From contig OZ260667.1 of assembly GCA_965285935.1 (NCBI GenBank), positions 22,878,001 through 22,942,000 of the forward strand: 64,000 nt of DNA, given 5' to 3'. Source of the DNA: Ophelia neglecta. Lineage: Eukaryota. Every line of letters begins with the position of its first letter. Within the stretch, counting starts at the first letter, position 1. This document shows, piece by piece, positions 50,729 to 62,900 of this stretch. The notes beneath the pieces were generated by a model. The model worked only from the letters and a program-made list of their open reading frames with translations. It ran no database searches and was not told where the DNA came from. Made by a program: the position numbers and the translations under genes.

Positions 50729-51187
50729 GGGAGTGTTCATTGTTAATATGAGCGGGGGGGGGGGGCAAATTTGAAAGCGGCATCGTCAATACTTATTGGA
50801 CACCCTCTATTGGCGCGGTCTAACTTTATAACCCACCAACCCTCCCGACCCCACCCCACCACAAGGCGGAGGGAAAAGTAAGCATGTGCATAAATATCGC
50901 GCAGATTGTAAAATATCTTGTAGTATTATCAACTTTCCAGACGCCATTGCAAATGGAGCGCATATACACACAGTTTTGGCAAGGTTAAAGGCATTGCGGA
51001 TGTGGGAATTCCAAGAATGGATGCCAGCCAGCAAACATGGCACCACGGAGTGTGGGGGCATGCTTAACCTACACCGCCTTATCCCCATCCCTCACCGACA
51101 ACCCCCACCCGTACACCACCCCAAAGATGGAGAGCGCTAATTTTTTTCGACCCCCCCCCTCCCATGTTAATAGTGACCACTACTCCT
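50729..51187. mobile_element. PIF/Harbinger-type MITE
   Basis: Imperfect TIRs GGGAGTGTTCATTGTTAATATGAGC(G)n and (C)nTCCCATGTTAATAGTGACCACTACTCCT; flanked by TTA (50726-50728) and TTA (51188-51190). Confidence 0.65.
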
Positions 51188-52652
51188 TTACTTGGGCGGA
51201 GGTCAAAATGATAAATACAATATCCATGTTTGACAGGATAGTGTTATACATGATTGGCGGGTCTTTTGTTTAGTTTCTAAATTTTGCAGTACCTCGTGAA
51301 GAATGAAATGGAGCGTGTAAGCTACTTACCTTTCTGAGTTTCCCTTACAGTGTTAACAGTATTTGAACATTCAAAGTTCAGGGTTAACATACTTCCATAA
51401 GTGACATGCACAAAAGCCACGATATATAGGTCTTAATGATGAGAAACCGAATATGAGAGCGCGCATAAAACTATATAAATAATGGCGTATTAATGTTCAA
51501 TAAACTATATGTTCTGCGATAGTTAATTATAAATAGGTAAGTTTATCTCATTCTTTTTACTTCAGTTGTTAACCCTCGTCAAAAATATGTTTAGGGCACA
51601 TATGGCACAATGAAAATCTCACTTGTATATACACGTACATCGCAGGTAATCAATTAATTATGATTTCTTGCCTTTACACAGAAGTACTGTTCAAAGTTCA
51701 TTGACAACAGGTGTGACCTTCTCTTGCACGGTAACCACCGCTTTATAAGTGTACAAGCTGTACCTTGAGTCATAAGAGGATACTGTTGTAGTTGCATGTT
51801 TAATATTGACGATTAACTAAACGACTTCACTGGAGAGTGGGCAAAGTCCAACTCGATACATTATACAATGTGTTTAAAATATTACAGGTATAGTAAGTCA
51901 TTTCGCTCACCTGGATAGACACGCGGTACATTGTCATCCGGCTGAAAGCAGCAAACCAATCACGCCGTTTTCAACATAACCATATTTTATTGCTATAGTC
52001 GGCCTTCATAATTATGTAGAAATCAGTCGTTTCTATACCATACACATCCAATTTTTAGCCAGACAAGCTTATATGCTTTAGGCCTACATTATACATATCG
52101 AAATATGGCTCATATTGTGAGACATGTCTACAATTCTATTGTCGTATTACATAGAATAAAATGATCAAGCCCCAAGCGTTCTTGTGTCAATGCTATACAC
52201 ATACCATCGAATACACAGGCTCTCAGTTATCGTATCAGTTGGCTACGGCACGATTCAGTTTGTCCCAAATAGATTCTCTCTATATGTATCTACCCAGCCG
52301 GTACTCATACCGGCGGTTCCGGTTCCTTGCGCAATCGTTAAGGATGTTCAGGGGTTAACCATTACATTTTTAGTGGTATTGAAAAAAAACACTTAACAAA
52401 GTGTGATTTTTCAGAACGATTCAGAAATCGAGCACCACAAACAGTAGGCATTAAATACTTCATGATTTACACGGTGCCAAACTTAGTGTGCTTTCAATAT
52501 CATTATATAAACTTCCTTGGTATAAGGATGTTAACATGTATTTTTTTTCTTCCAACGAAATCGAGCACCGCCTCCCGCTAGTTCCTTCATACATGGGATA
52601 TGGTGCTGATGGACTGGGCATGGTGTAATTCACCGAGTGCCATTGCTATTTT

Positions 52653-54095
52653 TGCTAGGTTAGTTCCACTCGGAACTTTCCCACAATACATGCTAGGTAA
52701 GTTCCACTCGGAACTGTCCCACAATACATGCTAGGTTAGTTCCACTCGCAACTGGTTCACAGTACATGATAGGTCAGTTCCACTCGGAACTGTTTCACAA
52801 CAGATGATAGGTCAGTTCCACTCAGAACTGTTTCACAATACATGATAGGTTTGTTCCACTTGGAACTGTCCCACAATACATGCTAGGTTAGTTCCACTCG
52901 GAACTGTCCCACAATACATGCTAGGTTAGTTCCACTCGGAACTGTCCCACAATACATGCTAGGTTAAGTTCCACTTAGAACTGTTTCACAATACATGCTA
53001 GGTTAGTTCCACTCGGAACTATGCTAGGTTTGTTCCACTCGGAACTGTTCAACAATACATGCTAGGTTGGTTCCACTCGGAACTGTCCCACAATACATGC
53101 TAGGTTTGTTCCACTCGGAACTGTCCAACAATACATGCTAGGTTAGTTCCACTCGGAACTATGCTAGGTTTGTTCCACTCGGAACTGTTCAAAAATACAT
53201 GCTAGGTTAGTTCCACTCGGAACTGCCCCACAATACATGCTAGGTTTGTTCCACTCGGAACTATGCTAGGTTTGTTCCACTCGGAACTGTTCAACAATAC
53301 ATGCTAGGTTAGTTCCACTCGGACCGGCCCCCAATACATGCTAGGTTTGTTCCACTCGGAACTGTCCAACAATACATGCTAGGTTAGTTCCACTCGGAAC
53401 TATGCTAGCTTTGTTCCACTCGGAACTGTCCAACAATACATGCTAGGTTAGTTCCACTCGGAACTATGCTAGCTTTGTTCCACTCGGAACTGTTCAACAA
53501 TACATGCTAGGTTAGTTCCACTCGGAACTGTCCCACAATACATGCTAGGTTAAGTTCCACTTAGAACTGTTTCACAATACCACAGGTGCTAGTGTCAATG
53601 TCAATGCTACCCACTGTGTATAAGAGCGAAGCGCTTCGCTCTTATACACAGTGGGTAGCATTGACATTGACACTAGCACCTGTGCACAATACATGCTAGG
53701 TTAGTTCCACTCGGAACTATGCTAGGTTTGTCCCACTCGGAACTGTTCAACAATACATGCTAGGTTAGTTCCACTCGGAACTGTCCCACAATACATGCTA
53801 GGTTTGTTCCACTCGGAACTGTCAAACAATACATGCTAGGTTAGTTCCACTCGGAACTATGCTAGGTTAGTTCCACTCGGAACTGTCCAACAATACATGC
53901 TAGGTTAGTTCCACTCGGAACTGTCCCACAATACATGCTAGGTTAGTTCCACTCGGAACTGTCCCACAATACATGCTAGGTTACTTCCACTCGGAACTGT
54001 CCCACAATACATGCTAGGTTAGTTCTACTCGGAACTGTCCACTCGGAACCGTCCCACAATACATGCTAGGTTAGTTCCACTCGGAACTGCCCCAC
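52653..54095 (+). repeat. Minisatellite of ~38 units (38-bp long form and 26-bp short form), each with an internal hairpin
   Basis: Consensus CATGCTAGGTTAGTTCCACTCGGAACTGTCCCACAATA. The short form lacks GTCCCACAATAC. AGTTCC-actc-GGAACT is an inverted repeat. Confidence 0.97.
53581..53684. mobile_element. Perfect 104-bp palindromic MITE with 8-bp TSD (P-element-like or hAT-like)
   Basis: 52-bp arms with no spacer and no mismatches; termini CACAG...CTGTG; CACAATAC duplicated at 53573-53580 and 53685-53692. Confidence 0.9.
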
Positions 54096-54175
54096 GAGTT
54101 TTATGCATCAACGATACCAAGGGAACCACACGACGGTATCCCCAGGGAACCACACAACCGTATCCCGAACACATA

Positions 54176-54320
54176 CAGTGAAACCTGTGAAATAAGACCA
54201 CCCGACTTACTAGATAAATGTGAACGAAGAGGTTAAATCGTGTAGGGATTTACTATTGAATCTATAGTCGGTCCAAATTTTTCGTGTGGTCTTAGGACAG
54301 AGGTGGCCGTTAAGGCAGGT
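54176..54320. mobile_element. Partial Tc1/mariner-type MITE related to 17714-17886
   Basis: TA-CAGTGAAACCTG left end (same TIR as the right end of the 17.7-kb MITE). Internal TAAGACCAC / GTGGTCTTA inverted repeat. Right end is degenerate. Confidence 0.55.
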
Positions 54321-54942
54321 AACATGGAAACAACAACACAAGGTGTTAGACTAAAGTTAGTGCGACCACAAGGTAGTAAGTATAATACCCCAACGGGGGT
54401 CACTGTCGCACTTATGTACAAATAACACGAAGTGATACTGATGTGTTAATTTGTAACTTATATGACTGCAACTGCACCGAACAACGGCACTGATAGCAAT
54501 ACTAATAGAAAAGAATAAACAACTAAGTAGGCCAAACAGCCCATACACATGGAAAGAGCACAGTTACTACTTTTACTAGCGTCCCTTGTTAACAGGTGGA
54601 GAACTACATACTGTCATTTAAGCCCATAGCCCAGAGAACGCAAACCATAATTCACAGCCCGTGGGACACTGGAGGTACTACGTTATGCCTGATAGAAACC
54701 CACTAATGGGCAGTTGCCTGCTTAAATGCCCGCCGACGATACCAAGTAGGACGGTAGCATGCCTAATGATTAAGGGAGGAACGAAATCACTTTCCGAACC
54801 CAAAATTGCGTGCTTCAATTGTTTAGCATACCCAAGTCTGCCGTACCACGTAAAGACAAGGACGTATTAAGGCGATGACAAATCTGCGGTCAGGAAAACC
54901 ACGTGGGGTTTGACTCCGGCCCCCACGTAGGCGCTCGGAACT

Positions 54943-55289
54943 CCCGGGGGTACTCACTAATTGGAGGTAGGTAGGTAGGCTCCGCTGGAATGACCCCCCT
55001 TTTTTCAGGTCACATAGAATTTTGATACCTACTTTTTGCATGCAACATAGAATTTTGACCCCCTGTTTTCACTCAACATAGAACTTAGCCCCTCATTTTT
55101 AATGATACAACAATTTTGACCCCTATTTCATTTGAAAAACAAAGATTTTTGACCGCTGTTTTTCCGAAAAACAAAGAATTTAGACCCCCATTTTTACGAC
55201 AGACATAGAATTTAGAACCCCCATTTTGAACCTTCCGGGGAGCCTACCTACCCACTTTGGGCCCGAGTAACCCCCCCCCCCCCCCCGGG
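54943..55289. mobile_element. MITE with CCCGGGGG termini and internal ~31-bp tandem subrepeats
   Basis: CCCGGGGGTACTC...GGTAGGTAGGCTCC pairs with GGAGCCTACCTACC...GAGTAA(C)nGGG. About 7 copies of a CATAGAATTTTGACCCC-like unit lie inside. TSD not clear. Confidence 0.8.
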
Positions 55290-56907
55290 ATTCAGTCCAA
55301 CAGGTGGTGAAAAGGTTAGAGATCGTGCGAACATACAGGGCTAAAGGCTAACTGATAAACGACATTTTAGAACAATAGCAATGAAACTCACTGTAGCAGT
55401 CACCGTGTTCGCTGACCCGTAGTGTCCTTTGTAGCGGTAGCGAGTCGGGTAAACCGAGCCAAAGTAAACGTGACTTGTTGATTCAGCGAACAGGCAGTGA
55501 AAGGGCGCTAGTAACTAGACAGAGGGAGACGGTACGCTAATTGGCCGTTGGAGGTCACGTGCCCTGTGATACGCGAGACCTACGATATCAGCCCGCATAA
55601 GGAACATAATGCCAATAATATCACAATAAAAGCTTTAAACAAATAAAATATTTAACAACTCATTAATTAACATACGTCAAAGAGAATTACCGTAATCATA
55701 CGAGTAGCTGCATACCGTAACAGTACTTCAATGGCAGATTTTTGAAACGTTCGATGTAGTTAAATGAGCTCTTCACCTTGTTGTTCACCGCTTTTTACGT
55801 CAAGAGTGCACGGGTAGATTGAGTTGAATATATTCTTGACTAAAGGAACAAAGTTACGTCTCGGTTGATAGGCTATTTACATTTTGCGTCAAGCAGCAAT
55901 CATTTTCTGTGTATAAAGTCATCGGTTCCCATGTATGAGCAAATTTTAATGATTTGTTAATAGGAAAACGTTAGTATTCAGATGAACACTCATACCCTTA
56001 AATACTGTAATATTTCAATAGGGCAGGTGAATTATGTTTCATTTGTTGAATACTATCATCTATATATAAACTCTATATACACCTATTTTATGCAATCACA
56101 GCCATATACTTTGTATATCGTTTGTATAAAAGTCTTATTTTATGTGCGCTTAGAAGATTTTAATTGGAAAAACTAGCAGCAAATGAAAGCATATGCACAA
56201 CGAAACCGATAGCATCATATATAACAAGTGATCTTGAAGGCTTATGGGAATAAGGGCCAGTATGTCTGTAATGCTCGTGAAAATTTTGTAAGTTGCCATG
56301 GCGACGTTCATCTAATTACAAAACTGATTAGCACATATGTAATAATTATTTTATGGTAAAGATACTGCACAAACACACGCGGAGGTGAGATATTTCTATA
56401 AATGAGTGCGCAGATCTGCACCCCTAACAACACAGCTTTAATCCATTTATTTTGTTTGCAAATACGATTTTGTAATAAATATTGCGTCCGCGAGTTCAAC
56501 ACCTGGTTGAACGAACTAAGCAGGAAAGCAATGATTTTAAACGACTGCCTAATTTTACCTTCTACACAGCGGTCCGCAACAATATTCATATAAACTTAAA
56601 CCTTTAAAAAAAAATTAAAATCGGAATTTATATTCGAGTGCCTGTGCATTAGGCCGACAAATAAAACATCTATTCCTGCTCAATTTGTAGGCTAGTATAG
56701 GCGTTTAGATAGAGAGTTATATAAATTCGGTTTATAATGATGATAACAACAATAACGACAACAACGGTTATGACGATGATAATATAATAATAATTATTAT
56801 TACCATACTAATAATGATATTGATAATGCAATCGCTATCTTGTACACATAGGGTCCATCATATTTATAACGTATGAAGCAATGACATGCGCTTTTTAATG
56901 TAATGTA

Positions 56908-59900
56908 TTACAAGTGTGAAATCTCTAAGGAATTCTGGTCAACTAATGAATTGGTGGTGGATGATTTTGTTGTTGTGCAAGGCCTGCAAAATATAACGTA
57001 AAAACGACTTGTAATGTGTCAACAATACTTTAAGTACGGCCTAATCTCTCGACCCGTTTCCACAGAGATAAAAAGTCCGAACCAATACATGTGCCAAAGT
57101 GATGTATGTTTGTTTTTATAATTCGGTTCGACGTTATTATTTAAAGCAGGTATACCTTCCAAATGCCTCCGCTTCTTCGACGGTATCGGTGAGCGAACAG
57201 CCTCTAGTTTCGGGCAGGAAGTATGTCAGGGCTCCAGCTATAGTGCCCGATGCCCCAAATATCGTTGCTTGCATTGGGAGCCATATTCCTGTCTATCAAA
57301 ACGAGATCTTTATAACTTCATTTTTGCCAAATTTAATGCAAATTAACTACACGGTGCAAACTTTTTTTGAGACTAAGCAGGTTTAATATTTAATTTTAAA
57401 AATTCATAAAATAAAATTATAACAGATAAAAGTAATGGTTGTGAAACAAAGACCAAATTGCACCTGTGCAGTAAACAAAGTACAGTCGAATGTATGGGCA
57501 ATCATCGGACTGAGCATATTAACCCTTAACTTGCAGATGCCCTCAATTTCAAAACTGCCTTTTTTATTAAATCATTTGCCAATTGACAGTTTATCTTTAG
57601 TACACATAACAAATAAGAGTATGCCCTACTGTTAGGTATTATTGTAAGTGCAATCATTGGTTTTACATATAACACCTTAGTTCCAAAAAGTTGCAATCAG
57701 AAAATCTTTATATGCCCATTTGGTTAAGTTTGTGGGTGGTAGTTTATTATCTTCTTCTTCACATGCATCATTCACTCTTAGCAGCCTCAAAATCAACTCC
57801 TTATTGCCTTTAATTCGGAAAGTTTTAGCGGAGTCAAGGGGCCAAAATCTTGCCCTTAATTCTTGATTCAGAGGTGCCCTTTATACATTGCTATCTCTTA
57901 TTAATCCCATGAAAATCTGACGGGACTGAACAAAAGCGCCCTTAATTCAAAGATACCCTAATTCACAGATACGCACAGGGACAGATTCGACCGTATGTCC
58001 TACATTACTACATTCCTAGCGATATCTATGCAGCGTGTAATTGCATTACCAGAAAGATTATTCAGGTTTGGTATGACTGGAGGGAGTAAGAGTCAAAGGG
58101 GACGGATGTGTCATCAAAATTACGAGTAAATCGTCTCTTGACATTTTGTCATATTTGAATAAGTTCTTAACTCACCAATGGCGCTCCCATATAAGGCGCT
58201 GCCATGCCACCGACTCGAGCTACCATCGAGCAGACCCCGAATCCGGTGTTTCTCACCTCCGTCGGAAATATCTCTCCCGAGTAGACAGTCAAACCAGAGA
58301 AACTGATGGTGACAAAGCCTCTCCCAATAAGTGACACCGTCGTATGTGCTGTGCCGAAATCATATAGCAACAAGGGAATTGTGATAAAGCAAGACATTCC
58401 AGAAGCGACGAGGGCAATGCCGGAAGTAAGTCTTCGTCCAAGAAATCTCCAGTCGAAGCAGAATATGACAAGAATGTGGGCGGGAATTTCTATTAAACCG
58501 GAAAGAAACAAGTTGAGGTACACATCCCCGGACAAGGCAGCCGTGTTCAGTGTGAGCGAATAGTACACCAAACTATTCACGAACCTAATGAATAGAAAGA
58601 ACTGATATTCGATACAATGCTCCAGCGTGTATACCTTGATAACAAATCGATATAAAAGCCTGGTTTAGAAGGAATGGACTATTCCCATTGACATAGCTAG
58701 GGGCCACTATACAATATTTACGGAGAAGGTAAAATAAATATATATGTTACCATTTTTTGTCTTCAATTTTTGTTAGATGACATTTTTGGCAGTTGATTAA
58801 TTTACTTCGCCTTTGAAACATAAAAGAGGTGGACTGGGGGACAGGGCACCTATCATTTAAATCATACCCAACGTGGTTCTGGCAAAACGCGATATTATCT
58901 TAAATCCCTAAACGATTAGTCGCAAACAGCCAAGCGGTTATGTACGCTATGGGTCGATTGTACGCCGGTCATTTTATAATCCATCGCCAAAGCGGCAATT
59001 AGAGAAAAACTATTCTCGGATTGCTTTTTCGCGTCATCAATTTGATGCCGCCACACCGATATTCGCTTCATATCTGATGGGCAGATAGGATTTTTACCTC
59101 AGGAAGGTTTATCATGAAGGGTAAACAATTTTTTTCCATTCGAAAAATGTAAATGTGTCTTCATGAAACTAGACTGATTGGTAGTCGGATCATTATGAGA
59201 ATGGTCAATAATGACAAATGATAAAGACCAATATTATTCTAAAAGTAAATGATAAATTTGTCTTCTTATTTATTGTATGCAATAAGTACCAGTAGTATTG
59301 CACTAATTAATAATAACTCATTCTAATCTACACTACGATCTAATAACCCATTGTAAACCACGATAACCAACGATAACCCACAATAAATCACGACAAGCTG
59401 CGATTATCACGCTAAATCACGATAAACCAAAATAACCTGCGATAGACCACGATAAACCACAATAACTCACAATAAACCACGAGAACCCACGATAACCCAC
59501 ACTGATAATATTGGCCTTCAAAAACTTAGTCAAAATGACTAACTTAGATTAGTCACGAGAAAATGACTAACCTAACTTAGTCAGAAAAGGACAATGTTAG
59601 TCAAATGGCTAATGTTCCTTAGTCAGGAGTTATTCCACCTCGTACATTCAGCCTTGAACTTGACACACAACTAACGTATCTATAGAACCCCCCCCCCCCC
59701 CGCTCAAGGGGTCTACTATACACATAGGCTTGTTCCAGAATGTCAGAATGACCCCCTAAAGGAAGGAAACCGGCTTGGTTTTCAACCTCTTTTTTCACGG
59801 GCTTTTTTACTGACTTGACCCGCCTAAAAGAAAGGTTTGGCTGTAATCCACCCCCTAAAAGAACATTATATTTCTCGGGGACGGGTTATAATATACCACT

Positions 59901-62900
59901 TTTTCTTATTTCTCGGGGTTAGTTTGAAATTACCCCTTTTAATTTTTTTTCGCGGAGAAAGTAGGAAAGGACCCCTTAAGGTCATTCTTTTCAGTCCCTT
60001 CTCCTTTCAATGTATAGGCCTATAATATTGTATATATATGAATATATATCTTGTAGGTAAAATCATATTGATTTACTTGTCATGTAGTCTGGAGCGCCTG
60101 TGTATTTTAGCATGAAACTTATATTTATTTATGATGTTCTCTGCAACTGAAATCGCAATATACTACTCACAAATGCGTTCACACGCGTTCACCTTCTCGG
60201 GCATCTTTGCTACTTTCGCCAACACACCGGAAGGCAGAAAGCGCGACCTCCATGTGCTCCAAGGACGAAGCGGGTCGGACATCACAAGTTCAATTTACTG
60301 GCAAGTGGTTACATCAAAGTTTTTTTATCTTCAATTTATATGAGCCCGTTTGAAAGTAGGACTATAGATCCTGTTTTTCCATCAGAGCTTTTATTGAAAT
60401 CAGCCTCTCTCGACAGACCACTTGCATGGAGAGACGATCATATGGGTTGTCTTAGCTAGGCAGTCTCACTATAATTTTTTAACACTTGTATTTTGATGTA
60501 TGTACTTGTATAAAGCATGGTACTTTTTTAATTTCAGAGACCCGGCTTGTATATAAAAACTGATATACCCGTATCCAGGTTCTCCGAAGAAGACATCTTC
60601 AGGCTGTCCTGCTCCTATTGTATGCCACCTGCATCTTCAACCTGTTGTACAATGATAAGTGAGGCGCACTTGTATAATAGTAGACTATTTTTTATATGAA
60701 ATTATATTTGTATGAATCCCTCTTTGGTATCAGGGAATAGGCAATTCTCACTGTTGAGCAGGTTCTATGTCACGTAGGGCTGTTCCATTGAACAAGTGTA
60801 AGGCATTATTTTTAATGTTAGTAAATAAAAGTTAGAACAGAACAATGTTTCGTTATGATCCCCTAAAATACAGATTTATCCCTTTGGGTAACTTAGGTTA
60901 GTCATTTGACTAACTTTTGTTAGTCATTTGACTAACTTTTGACTAACATGACTAACACGGGTTAGGACATTGGCACTTAGCCACAAAGACTAAGGTAAGT
61001 TAGTCATTTTGACTAAGTTACTTAGTCAATATATTTTCAGTGCACGATTACTCACAATAAAACACGATAACTCACAATAACCTACGATAACCTGCGATAC
61101 CTTGCAATAACTTACATTAATCACAAAAAAATGTGGTGATGGAAAACTGCATGTCAGTTCAGAAAACAGCACCAGAAGCACGTTTAAGGATTTGTTAATC
61201 AAATTCTGTTACATATACATGTATTATTGGCCATGATTTTTTTTTAACCATTGGCAAATTGGACTTATACATGGTGCATTTAAGTCCGTCGCTTGCGTTC
61301 CGTTACTGGTGCAAGGACCGCTCGAGCTGTTGCAAATTTCTATCCTATCGGTGGTTTTTCGATAATTTCAGGTCCCCCTTCCGGATACTAGATAGCTTTA
61401 GGCGAAACTAGGACAAAACCACCCCTTGGTCCCCAAATGCTGCCAAGGTACACAACTCTACTCGGATGCCCGGCAATGTCTTCAATGGGTGGAGGGGTTA
61501 TGGGAACGGAGTGACTGCAGAAAAGCACTTTGTGTGCTTATTTGCCAGATGAAATATAGTCCACCTAGTCACTGTGTCCCTCAAAAGGTATACATGGAGA
61601 GAAACCATCTAATTTCTAACATGAGGAAAAAGGTTTCAGTTTAAACCATCTGTTTCATTGTTAATGATACGTCAGTTTGTATAAAAAGGATAAAAGTTTA
61701 AAATGAATATTATCATTTTGATATCATAAAAGTAAGGTTAGTTCAGACATATATATTGAAACTAGATCCCTTCCATAGCTTGGAGCTAATCTAGGTAGGT
61801 CCAGAGCATGTGTCGATTCGAATCGAGATGGTCTGGCATTTTAAAAGAAACCCTTAAACACCAGACAGCCATGTGCTTCCCTGACTAAAAGTCGTGTAGG
61901 CATGTTACCAATGAAGGCAGAGGACTAAAGTCCAAACTCTAAGGCGCTTCGTCTTCACCAGGGCTAAACAATTTTGTTGTTTTAATGGTTCGAAGATTTC
62001 GATCTGCAAAAGAAAATTTATCATTTAGTGGGAATTTAGTTTCGAAAAAAAGAAAACAAAATCGTTTTAAATATCCATGTGATAGGAATCACAAAACAAA
62101 GTGCCCACCTTTTCCTTTTCTAGAGCATATAAATCAATATGCTCCGGAAAGTGTTTTCCATTGACCTTTGCAATCTTCTTCAGAACATTGCCTGCCTTTT
62201 TAAACCGACGTCTTTCAAGAAGCCACCGAGGTGACTCGGGCAACAACCTATAAAGAGTACACTTATCAATTCAAGACACCCAACTAATGTTTATTTATTG
62301 TTCTCTTCATTCTAGTTAGTGGATGGTTATAATTATGCAACTATAAATACCAAAAGTCAGCAGATAATCAACAAATTTATACAACACACCAATCCTGACA
62401 AGATGACAAAATAATATGGCCCATTGAATATTAATGCACATAAAACAAACAAAAGATCATTAACATGTGTCGTATATAAATCTATAGGGTTAAAACCGGT
62501 GATTATGAAATATGAAATTGATTCCATTAGTTACAAATATCAATTACTGCGAGGCTTATATTCACCATGTTCAAACTTACCAAACATGTGAAATAAAAAT
62601 AATGTTTGGAAGCAACATGGCCAACTGCAGCATCCGGTCATCTCTGATAGCGTAAGCTAAGCCGGAAACTACCATTATGCCGATCGCAAAGGATATATTG
62701 GACGCAACACCAAGGGATGTCCGATAAGCCGAGCCTACTATTTCCATTACTAACGGCAAGAGAAAGTTAATGAATAATTGACATAATCATGTAATTGTTC
62801 AAAGTGTAGAGAACATGGACGCTACTTCAATGTAGTTAGAGATTCAGGTAGAGTAGCCGGATGGTTCGGAAGGTCGACTCCCAGACGAAAGTTTTACGAT

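Noticed and set aside
53616-53649. Tn5 mosaic-end/Nextera adapter contamination (TGTGTATAAGAG / CTCTTATACACA)
   Set aside because: Only 12 of the 19 mosaic-end bases match, and the word lies inside a larger palindrome with a clean 8-bp TSD. Probably coincidence; raw reads would settle it.
52653-54095. CRISPR array (regular palindromic repeats)
   Set aside because: The intervening sequences are near-identical 12-bp linkers rather than unique spacers, there are no cas genes, and the context is eukaryotic.
57481-57995. TA-flanked MITE (TACAGTCGAAT ... ATTCGACCGTA)
   Set aside because: The right half looks MITE-like, but the terminal match is only ~10 bp and the left interior does not match, so boundaries are unsupported.
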